A stretch of DNA of 32,329 nucleotides from a virus (lineage: Duplodnaviria; Caudoviricetes), in the IMG/VR virus record IMGVR_UViG_3300045457_000235, positions 1-32,329 of that record; one strand, 5' to 3'. This document shows, piece by piece, positions 18,278-25,523 of this stretch. Position 1 is the stretch's first letter, and the number at the start of each line of letters is the position of its first letter. The translations under genes were made by a program, and so were the position numbers. The notes beneath the pieces are model-generated. The model saw only the letters and a list, made by a program, of their open reading frames with translations. It was not told the origin of the DNA and made no database searches.

Positions 18278-19897
18278 ATGAAAAAAATTGATAGTAATGT
18301 CGTACAGAAGTGGTCAAAGGCCCTAGACGGTATCAAAACCGATTATATGGCCGAAGTAACCGCTCAACTTTTAGAGAACCAAGCCAAGGCAGTTCTGACC
18401 GAGGCTAGCAAACTGACCGAGGAGCAGCTTACTCCCGGAGCTACAACTGTTGGCAAGTTAGGCACCTTCCAAAAGTTTGCCTTCCCAATCGTTCGTAGAG
18501 TATTCCCAGAACTGATCTTCAACATGATCGGATCAACCCAACCAATGGAAGGGCCTGTCAGCCAAATCTTCTATCTAGGCAACAGCCGTGGTGGAGATAT
18601 CAATGGTGATGGCACCTATGGACAACAAAGCGTTTACTCTAAGTATCAAATGACATACTTAGGTAGAGCAGCTAGAGGAATCGGATCAACTTCAGCCGCT
18701 GGAGCTTGGAACGATCCTGCTACCTCAACCTTTGGTTCAGGTCTAGATGCAGCTAACGCATTTGATGCTGGTGGTTACGAGCTATCTAACATCATTAGCT
18801 CAACTTACGGTGGACCAACCACAACATACGGTGGTAAAATTGCTTCATTCCCAGATAGCGGAACAATCGATGGATGGTTCGTATCTGCTGGTGAGCAACT
18901 AAGAACATCCGCCATTCCAGAGGTTAGCTTCCACATTCAAAGCCAAGCTGTAGTTGCCAAGACTCGTAAGATGAGAGCCCTGTGGACCATTGAGGCTTCA
19001 CAAGATCTCAAGGCTTACCACAATCTTGATCTAGAGCGTGAGCTAACTGACCTCCTCAGCAAGGAAATCTCACTTGAGATCGACCGTGAACTGATCGAGG
19101 AAATCCGTGGAATCGCTTACGGATTTGTTGGTAATCAAGCAGCTTACGGATGGGATCAAAGAAGACTTGATAACCGTGGAGCCAATCAATTCGGAGATAC
19201 CTACGGCAAGTCACCAAATGGTGGAACTAGCTTTGAGCCTTGCGCTTTTGAGTATGATTTCCATAATTCAAACGCAGGAAATAGAATTGCTATCCCAACA
19301 AATGATACACAAAGATCAAACGTTTTCGCTCTTGATCTAACCAATCCTCTGTATGGCTTTGGTAGCAATATAAGCTTTGCCCCACAACACGTTGGGCATG
19401 TTTACAGCAACCTGCTCGCTTTGATTAACCATGCTTCACAGGACATTTACAAGACCACAATGCGTGGTCCCGGTACAGTCCTAATCACCTCACCATTGGT
19501 CGCTTCACTCCTAGAGTCAGCCGCCAAACTTGAGGGTGGTCTTCCTGAGAAGGACGGCCCAACCAACATGGGTAACAGAATTGAGTACCGTGGTAAGTTT
19601 GCTGGCAAGTACACCCTAATCGTCGATCCTCTCTTCCCAGAAGACGAGATCATCGTCGGTTACAACGGAACCAACCCAATGGATGCTGGTTTCGTATACT
19701 GCCCATACATCCCACTCATGCCAATCCAAACCATAACTGATCCTGAGACCTTCCAACCAAGAAAGGGTATCATGACCCGTTATGCCAAGGCAGCAGTTGC
19801 CCCAGCTAGCAGATTCTACAGAGTCATCAGACTCATCGGAGGAGGCAAGAATTACCTCACTCCAAATATCGCTCGCGTTAATGGAACCGCTTACTGA
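18278..19897 (+). CDS. gp23: Major capsid protein (T4 gp23 family)
   Basis: Motifs KW...TAQLLENQ, PIVRRVFP.LI, QPMEGP..QIF, AKTRKMRALWTIEASQDLKAYH, EIDRE, DAGFVYCPYIPL and DPETFQPRKGIMTRY. Strong AGGAG RBS and codon bias of a highly expressed gene. Confidence 0.98.
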   Translation: MKKIDSNVVQKWSKALDGIKTDYMAEVTAQLLENQAKAVLTEASKLTEEQLTPGATTVGKLGTFQKFAFPIVRRVFPELIFNMIGSTQPMEGPVSQIFYLGNSRGGDINGDGTYGQQSVYSKYQMTYLGRAARGIGSTSAAGAWNDPATSTFGSGLDAANAFDAGGYELSNIISSTYGGPTTTYGGKIASFPDSGTIDGWFVSAGEQLRTSAIPEVSFHIQSQAVVAKTRKMRALWTIEASQDLKAYHNLDLERELTDLLSKEISLEIDRELIEEIRGIAYGFVGNQAAYGWDQRRLDNRGANQFGDTYGKSPNGGTSFEPCAFEYDFHNSNAGNRIAIPTNDTQRSNVFALDLTNPLYGFGSNISFAPQHVGHVYSNLLALINHASQDIYKTTMRGPGTVLITSPLVASLLESAAKLEGGLPEKDGPTNMGNRIEYRGKFAGKYTLIVDPLFPEDEIIVGYNGTNPMDAGFVYCPYIPLMPIQTITDPETFQPRKGIMTRYAKAAVAPASRFYRVIRLIGGGKNYLTPNIARVNGTAY

Positions 19898-19914
19898 AAA
19901 GTAAGTGATTAATT

Positions 19915-19943
19915 AAAAGCGGGGCTTAAAGCCCCGCTTTTTT
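19915..19943 (+). terminator. Rho-independent terminator after major capsid gene
   Basis: AAAA-GCGGGGC-TTAAA-GCCCCGC-TTTTTT. Confidence 0.92.
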
Positions 19944-19955
19944 ATTTTATAGACC

Positions 19956-19963
19956 CTAGATAA
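19956..19963 (+). promoter_or_regulatory. Candidate late promoter variant (CTAGATAA)
   Basis: TAGATA lies between the terminator and the GAGGT RBS of the neck operon, where a new promoter is expected. It resembles TAAATA. Confidence 0.4.
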
Positions 19964-19977
19964 GATAGAGGTATTTT

Positions 19978-20229
19978 ATGTTTAAATATAGGAATACGGG
20001 TAAGTATACTTTTTTAATAGAGGTTAATGATAAATTAATATCAGTAAAGCCTCATCAAGAGTTTTTGAGTGACAAATTATTGGATCATCCATGGTTACTT
20101 GAATTAAACACTCGTCCTCAAGAAGAGAAAAAGGAAATAAAAAAAATAGTAAAGCCTGTAGTTAAAAAAGAAGTAGACGAAATTAAGTTAGATTTAAAAC
20201 CTGAGTTATCACATGATAGCAAAGCCTAA
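19978..20229 (+). CDS. Small hypothetical protein, possibly head/neck associated
   Basis: 83 aa with GAGGT RBS and a K/E-rich tail; overlaps the next gene by 17 nt. Confidence 0.6.
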   Translation: MFKYRNTGKYTFLIEVNDKLISVKPHQEFLSDKLLDHPWLLELNTRPQEEKKEIKKIVKPVVKKEVDEIKLDLKPELSHDSKA

Positions 20230-21076
20230 TGTTACTGCTTACGGATCTTCCTACGGAAAATACAAGGGAAACAACGTAGATCTTTATTCTAATTCTTCAG
20301 ACATAGATGTCGAAGAGTTAAATAAAAATTTAATCATTGATAATGTTGAATTTAATAAGTTTGAAAAAACTATTAGAGATTATGTATTTGCTCAGTTAGG
20401 GCAACCCGTTGTCAGAGTAGAGTTAACTGAATTACAAGTTAAAATGTGTGTGGACGAAGCAGTCACAAAATTAGATTACCATGCTCCAACGTGGGCGTTG
20501 CAGTATGCGGTCTTCGATGCTTCCGCTGGGATTAGCCTGTACGAGCTACCAGCATTCGTTATGAATAATCTTAGTTACGTTGTTTATCAAAAAGATTTAC
20601 TAGCGTTTCAATTTAGTAAGGGATCTCTTGAATTCGACTTCTTCTTAGGGTTTTGGCAGAACAATAGATTCTTTCAAAACATGAATGTCGGAGATTATCT
20701 TCTTGTACAACAGTACATGGAAATGATTCGTAAAGTTCTTTCCAGAGATGGTGGCTTTGATGTTATCAATGGAAAATATTTACAACTATATCCAGAACCA
20801 CCTACAACACCTTGCCCTGTCATTCTAGAATATAGAGCTTTAGATTCTGATACCATATTGCCTGCATTTAGGAATTGGGTTCAAAGATATGCTCTTGCAT
20901 GTGCTAAAGCAATTTTAGGTAGAATTAGAGGTAAATATCAATCTATTCCCGGTCCCGGTAAAGGAGCTACCCTAGATGGTAAAGATTTACTAGAGGAGTC
21001 TGCAAAAGAAAAAGAAGCTTTATCTAAAGAATTATTAATGGAGATAGAAGAACCACCATTCTTCTCTGTTTACTAA
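20213..21076 (+). CDS. gp13: Neck protein (T4 gp13-like)
   Basis: DYVFAQLGQPVVRVELTELQVKMCVDEA..YH and WVQRYALACAK.ILG..RGKY..IPGPG..TLDG match gp13. Confidence 0.9.
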   Translation: MIAKPNVTAYGSSYGKYKGNNVDLYSNSSDIDVEELNKNLIIDNVEFNKFEKTIRDYVFAQLGQPVVRVELTELQVKMCVDEAVTKLDYHAPTWALQYAVFDASAGISLYELPAFVMNNLSYVVYQKDLLAFQFSKGSLEFDFFLGFWQNNRFFQNMNVGDYLLVQQYMEMIRKVLSRDGGFDVINGKYLQLYPEPPTTPCPVILEYRALDSDTILPAFRNWVQRYALACAKAILGRIRGKYQSIPGPGKGATLDGKDLLEESAKEKEALSKELLMEIEEPPFFSVY

Positions 21077-21645
21077 TGGACGAAAAGTTTATTGTTAAGA
21101 AGCCACCTAGTAAATCTCCCATAACTCAGGTGGATGATTCTGATAGTATACTTAATTTCTTTGATCAATCAAACCCCGACATAGACTTTTTTAATCTGGT
21201 TGATGATGAAACTATAAGAATATCTGGATCAAAGATTGCTCTTTATAAGTATTATCCTTCCCAAGAGTTCGATGATGTTTACATGGAGTCTAGATCAAAA
21301 GCTATTTCAAAAGATCCAATAATATTATTTGCTCACTACGAGCCAAAAGCCATAGAACAAAGTCTTAGTCAATTCGGTTTAGAAGTTGATAATGATCAAG
21401 TTTTTACTTTTAATAAATTATATGTAGAAAGAAAGATAGGAAGACCAATAATTGTAGGAGATATTATTGCTCCTATGTTCCAAAATATAAAGTATAAAGT
21501 ATATCAAGTATCTGAAGATTCCTATGAGGTTTATGGTGTGTATCATTTAATGTGTTATTGCAACCTCCTTAGAGATACTGAGGCTATTCAAAATCAACCA
21601 ATTATGGATAGGCCAAATAATTTAGGAAAAGATATTAATATATGA
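21076..21645 (+). CDS. gp14: Neck protein / head closure (T4 gp14-like)
   Basis: E.IRISG...Y, LSQFGLEVDND..FTF and P.VGDII motifs; follows gp13. Confidence 0.85.
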   Translation: MDEKFIVKKPPSKSPITQVDDSDSILNFFDQSNPDIDFFNLVDDETIRISGSKIALYKYYPSQEFDDVYMESRSKAISKDPIILFAHYEPKAIEQSLSQFGLEVDNDQVFTFNKLYVERKIGRPIIVGDIIAPMFQNIKYKVYQVSEDSYEVYGVYHLMCYCNLLRDTEAIQNQPIMDRPNNLGKDINI

Positions 21646-22475
21646 AAACTACATTTGCCAGAAATAGAATTGCTAAAGATATATTTTATAAAATGTCTTC
21701 GGAGCCTACGAGACATGTAAGTTATATTCATAAAGAGTGTCTTAGATTTTTATTAAACACATTCGGTAACTTAGCATACTATGATGGCAATAATAACAAA
21801 ACTGAAATAAGGTGTTATCACGCAAACCCAGAAAGAGCTATAGGCATAATATTTAAAGATTCGACAATAGTTCTTCCTGTGTTATCAATTTCTGAATCTT
21901 CTACAGATACCTTTACCCAAGGAAAAAGATACGAGCCAGTTTTGATAGATCAGAGTTATTGGTTAGATAAAGCTCAGAGAGCTTTTAGAATTGTTAGTTT
22001 ACCTCCTAAGCCTATTGAAATATCTTATGGATTAAATATTTGGTCATTTTATAAAAATGATATGGATCAAATTAGGGAAATGATTTTCTCTATGTTTAAC
22101 CCAGACTTAAATATATCAACTTCTCAAGGGTTTACATGTAAAGTTTATATTGATTCAGAGTCGGATGCTTCAGAGACTAAGGTACAAGATCAAGAAGATA
22201 GATTACTTCAAAAAACAATTGGATTAAGTTTAGAAACTTTTGTTCCGTCCCCAAGATTTCTTTACACATCTACAGGTAAAATAGAAAAACTTAAATTTGA
22301 ATTTGATATACAATCAGGAAAATTAACTGATGAGTCTGCTACCGAATTAAGTCAATTTTTAAATGCAGACTTAATAGAAACGGGCACAGGAACAGGGGCT
22401 GGGTATGTCCCAGAGCATATTCATCGTTATGTAACTCCAGAAGAGCTACAATCAATGACTTGGCTTACTAATTAA
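21642..22475 (+). CDS. gp15: Tail terminator / sheath stabiliser (T4 gp15-like)
   Basis: LPVLSI...PKPIEISYGLNIWS.YKNDMDQIREMI...FNP motif; gp13-14-15 synteny; ATGA overlap. Confidence 0.85.
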   Translation: MKTTFARNRIAKDIFYKMSSEPTRHVSYIHKECLRFLLNTFGNLAYYDGNNNKTEIRCYHANPERAIGIIFKDSTIVLPVLSISESSTDTFTQGKRYEPVLIDQSYWLDKAQRAFRIVSLPPKPIEISYGLNIWSFYKNDMDQIREMIFSMFNPDLNISTSQGFTCKVYIDSESDASETKVQDQEDRLLQKTIGLSLETFVPSPRFLYTSTGKIEKLKFEFDIQSGKLTDESATELSQFLNADLIETGTGTGAGYVPEHIHRYVTPEELQSMTWLTN

Positions 22476-22511
22476 AATATAATTTTTTTAATAAAAATTA
22501 TGATCATTGTG

Positions 22512-22519
22512 CATACATA
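22512..22519 (+). promoter_or_regulatory. Candidate late promoter variant (CATACATA)
   Basis: TACATA sits just upstream of an AGGAG RBS in the gap before the sheath operon, with spacing to the ATG (16 nt) close to that of the 19957 motif (15 nt). Confidence 0.4.
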
Positions 22520-22535
22520 TATTTAGGAGTTTCTT

Positions 22536-22712
22536 ATGAAGATCATTAAGAACGAAACCACTCAAGGTTTTGAAATTTATCTAAATACGAGCCAAGGAAT
22601 TAAGTCTGTTTGGCTTAGTCCAAAGCAAAAATTAGTAGTTGAGGAGTCTGCAATCACTACTCAACTTTTAACATTAAATAAAAGAAAGATTGTAAGAATC
22701 TCCAACGCATAA
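22536..22712 (+). CDS. Small hypothetical protein (58 aa), absent from the ORF track
   Basis: MKIIKNETTQGFEIYLNTSQGIKSVWLSPKQKLVVEESAITTQLLTLNKRKIVRISNA; strong TTAGGAG RBS; fills the gap before the sheath gene. Confidence 0.8.
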   Translation: MKIIKNETTQGFEIYLNTSQGIKSVWLSPKQKLVVEESAITTQLLTLNKRKIVRISNA

Positions 22713-22721
22713 GGTGCTTAA

Positions 22722-24842
22722 ATGGTAGGACAATTAAACAGCCCCGGTATTTTAGTCAGAGAAGTTGATAACACAGCTTTCGCCCCTTCACTTGATTCAT
22801 CAATTGTAGGCATAGTTGGATTCGCAACAAAAGGACCATTAGATAAGCCAACACTTATTACTAATGCAGAGCAATTAATAAAAGTTTTCGGAGAGCCAAG
22901 TGAGATGCTTCCCGGACAAGGACTAATAGGTGCTCTAGAAATTTTAGAAGCAACCAATAGAATATATTTTTCAAGATGCGCTAGCGCAGCTTCTGAAGCT
23001 TCAGCAGCAGTTGTTATGGGAGCCTGCCCAGCAGTTGCCGTTCATTTTAGTGCTTTAAGCAGTGTGACTGGAACTAACGGATATGCTACATCTGCAGTGT
23101 GGTTAAGAGTTGGAGTAAGCTCCAACAACTCAACACTAGTGGCTACTCAAATAGTAAAAGTTAATCTAACAGATACAACCTTCGTAAACAATTTTACAAG
23201 AGATATAGGAAAAGGTTCCTCTGAACAAGATTTCTTCTCAGCAGATTTCGATCCACTTAATCCAGATATAGCTTACGTTTATGCTCGCATTCCCGGAAAA
23301 ACAGCAAGAATAAGTGTAAGCGCAACAAGTGCCACTTCATCAACTGGTCCAGTTACTTGTGTTTCAATCGTTGATCCATCAGGTTTAGCTGGTACAGTAA
23401 GTTCAAACGCAGTTGCATCAGGTATAACTTTTGCTAAAGAAGACTTTAATTTTGGAGTAAGTTCTCTTTATGCAGGAGCAGGATACAACCTTGGTGTGTC
23501 TGTAAAAACTGGCGAAGTTACTGGAGTAAGTGTAGAAATTGAAAACGTAGCTGGCCCCTACTTCAAGTTGCAAGTTAATGATAAGGGATATGCAAACGAA
23601 ACATTTAGACTAAGCTTAATTGGTGATAATACATTTATCAATCAAGTAATCAGAACTAGTGAAACTCAAACTCCACTATTCTCAGATTTCATCAAGGGAG
23701 ACTTTACAGGGGATGCTGGTCCAGACACCGGAAATCCTCTGACTTCTCCTGCACAAAGAATGACCGACCTTTTCGGGTCCTCTGTTTCCGCTAATCTTGG
23801 CTTTGAGTATGGTGGAAACACTGTTGCAGATGGCGCAGATCCAAGATTCATCAAACCACTCAATGGAACTTACGGATTAGAAGATGGTGATAACGGTAAC
23901 TTTGATAATGTTGGATCTCAAGGTGCAAGCCCCGGAGAGGTCGAAGAAGGAGCAACAGACACTCTGAACGCTACTATCATAGGAACCGCAGCAAATAAAA
24001 CCGGAATTTATGCTCTAGATGATGATAACTTAAACATCTCTATGGCTGTAGTCCCCGGCTTTACAAATCAAGACGTTCAAAATGCCTTGATTACATTAGC
24101 TGAGTCCTCACAAAACTTCATAGCTGCTGTTGCTCCTCCTTATGGGTTGAACAGCACTCAAGCAGCAGTTAATTGGATGAACGGTAGAAATATAAGAACG
24201 GCAGCAATTAACAACTCATTTGCAGCAGTTTACTGGCCTTGGGTACAGGTCTACAGTGTATTTGATGAGAAAGACTTATGGCTGGATCCAGCCATCTATG
24301 CTATCCGTCAAATGGCATTCACTGACGCTGTTTCAGAACCTTGGTTTGCCCCCGCAGGCTTCACTAGAGGTAGAGTTACCAAGCCAGTAGATACCGAAAT
24401 CCTGTTGAGCACCGGAGACAGAGATACCTTATATGAGAATAACGTTAACCCAGTTGTTAAGTTCTTCCCAGAAGGCATCACAATTTTCGGACAAAAGACA
24501 GCTAAGAGAATCCCATCAGCCACTGACAGAATCAATGTTAGAAGAATGATGATTTTCTTAAGAAAGACTTTACTAGCTTCAAGCAGAGCTTTCGTGTTTG
24601 AGCCAAATGATGATATCACTTGGGAGAGAGTTAGAATCTCCGCAGAACAAATTCTCGGAGATATTCAATCAAGAAGAGGTATTCAAGAGTTCAAGGTAGT
24701 TTGCGATAACACCGTAAATACCCCACTGAGAGTATCAAGAAGAGAGTTATGGTGCAAGATTATATTAAGACCCACAGAGACTGCTGAGTATATAATCTTT
24801 GAGGTTAACTTAACAAACAATTCCTCACAATTAGGAGCATAA
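22722..24842 (+). CDS. gp18: Contractile tail sheath protein
   Basis: Motifs SPGILVREVD, VGFATKGPLDKPTLITN...FGEP, YWPW, PWFAPAGFTRG, NPVV.F..GITIFGQKT, DRINVRR and FVFEPND. Confidence 0.97.
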   Translation: MVGQLNSPGILVREVDNTAFAPSLDSSIVGIVGFATKGPLDKPTLITNAEQLIKVFGEPSEMLPGQGLIGALEILEATNRIYFSRCASAASEASAAVVMGACPAVAVHFSALSSVTGTNGYATSAVWLRVGVSSNNSTLVATQIVKVNLTDTTFVNNFTRDIGKGSSEQDFFSADFDPLNPDIAYVYARIPGKTARISVSATSATSSTGPVTCVSIVDPSGLAGTVSSNAVASGITFAKEDFNFGVSSLYAGAGYNLGVSVKTGEVTGVSVEIENVAGPYFKLQVNDKGYANETFRLSLIGDNTFINQVIRTSETQTPLFSDFIKGDFTGDAGPDTGNPLTSPAQRMTDLFGSSVSANLGFEYGGNTVADGADPRFIKPLNGTYGLEDGDNGNFDNVGSQGASPGEVEEGATDTLNATIIGTAANKTGIYALDDDNLNISMAVVPGFTNQDVQNALITLAESSQNFIAAVAPPYGLNSTQAAVNWMNGRNIRTAAINNSFAAVYWPWVQVYSVFDEKDLWLDPAIYAIRQMAFTDAVSEPWFAPAGFTRGRVTKPVDTEILLSTGDRDTLYENNVNPVVKFFPEGITIFGQKTAKRIPSATDRINVRRMMIFLRKTLLASSRAFVFEPNDDITWERVRISAEQILGDIQSRRGIQEFKVVCDNTVNTPLRVSRRELWCKIILRPTETAEYIIFEVNLTNNSSQLGA

Positions 24843-24848
24843 TAGATT

Positions 24849-25448
24849 ATGGCAGATATATTACAACGTAATAGGCAAGTTATAAGAGGCAGCTCAAACT
24901 TACCTTTTCTTTCAACTGCACTTGATTCAGTAAGACCTTATCAGTTTGAGGTACAATTTACTTTCGATGGTCAGTTACAAGGACCCAATTCAACAGCCAC
25001 TGACGCTATCACCAATCTAACAATTGGAGCAAAACAAATTCAGGCAGGTGGCTTAAAAGTTGGTGAGGTTATGGCACATAGGCTTAACGATGTTTACTAC
25101 TATCCCGGAAAGCCAGAGTATGATACTCTACAAATAACCTTTGATAACATCCTATTAACTGAGACTGGACAAACTCTATACAAGTGGTTCCAAACCTGCA
25201 CATTTGATCCATTAGATGGAACTCAAGCAAAAGCCGCAGGATTTACAACTGGTGGAAGATTCAAGGCTCCTTTAGTTAGAGTAATCGAATATAATGGTAG
25301 ATTAGATCCAGTAGCTTATGTTGATTACCGTGGTGTATTTCCAACAAGTCTTAGCTTTGGAGAGAGAAACTATGCAACTACTACAGAGTTTCATACACTA
25401 AGCGTTACTTTTAGATATGATATTATTGATACTTGGAAAGATACTTAA
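24849..25448 (+). CDS. gp19: Tail tube protein
   Basis: Follows the sheath. Motifs RPYQFEV, YYPGK..Y..LQITFD, W, GVFPTSL and SVTFRYD are typical of gp19-type tubes. Confidence 0.9.
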   Translation: MADILQRNRQVIRGSSNLPFLSTALDSVRPYQFEVQFTFDGQLQGPNSTATDAITNLTIGAKQIQAGGLKVGEVMAHRLNDVYYYPGKPEYDTLQITFDNILLTETGQTLYKWFQTCTFDPLDGTQAKAAGFTTGGRFKAPLVRVIEYNGRLDPVAYVDYRGVFPTSLSFGERNYATTTEFHTLSVTFRYDIIDTWKDT

Positions 25449-25473
25449 TAGTTTTTGATACTTTAAAATTTAC

Positions 25474-25506
25474 AAAAAGCCTATCTATTAATAGATAGGC
25501 TTTTTT
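25474..25506. terminator. Probable (bidirectional) intrinsic terminator; perfect 32-bp palindrome
   Basis: AAAAAGCCTATCTATT|AATAGATAGGCTTTTT immediately after the tube gene. Confidence 0.85.
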
Positions 25507-25511
25507 AATTT

Positions 25512-25519
25512 CTATAATA
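25512..25519 (+). promoter_or_regulatory. Candidate -10 element (CTATAATA), possibly giving a leaderless mRNA
   Basis: TATAAT at 25513-25518, 5 nt before ATG 25524. No SD, and a terminator lies directly upstream. Confidence 0.45.
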
Positions 25520-25523
25520 ATCT

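Noticed and set aside
19888-19907. Small hairpin CGCTTAC-TGAAAA-GTAAGTG with the capsid stop codon in the loop (readthrough to a capsid extension?)
   Set aside because: Readthrough meets TAA after four more codons and the terminator follows, so no extension domain is available.
22479-22501. Inverted repeat ATAATTTTT-ttaat-AAAAATTAT after gp15
   Set aside because: A/T only and unstable; likely chance in an AT-rich spacer.
22722-25448. Tailocin / eCIS / T6SS interpretation of the sheath, tube and PAAR genes
   Set aside because: Capsid, scaffold, protease, neck and replication genes show a complete phage.
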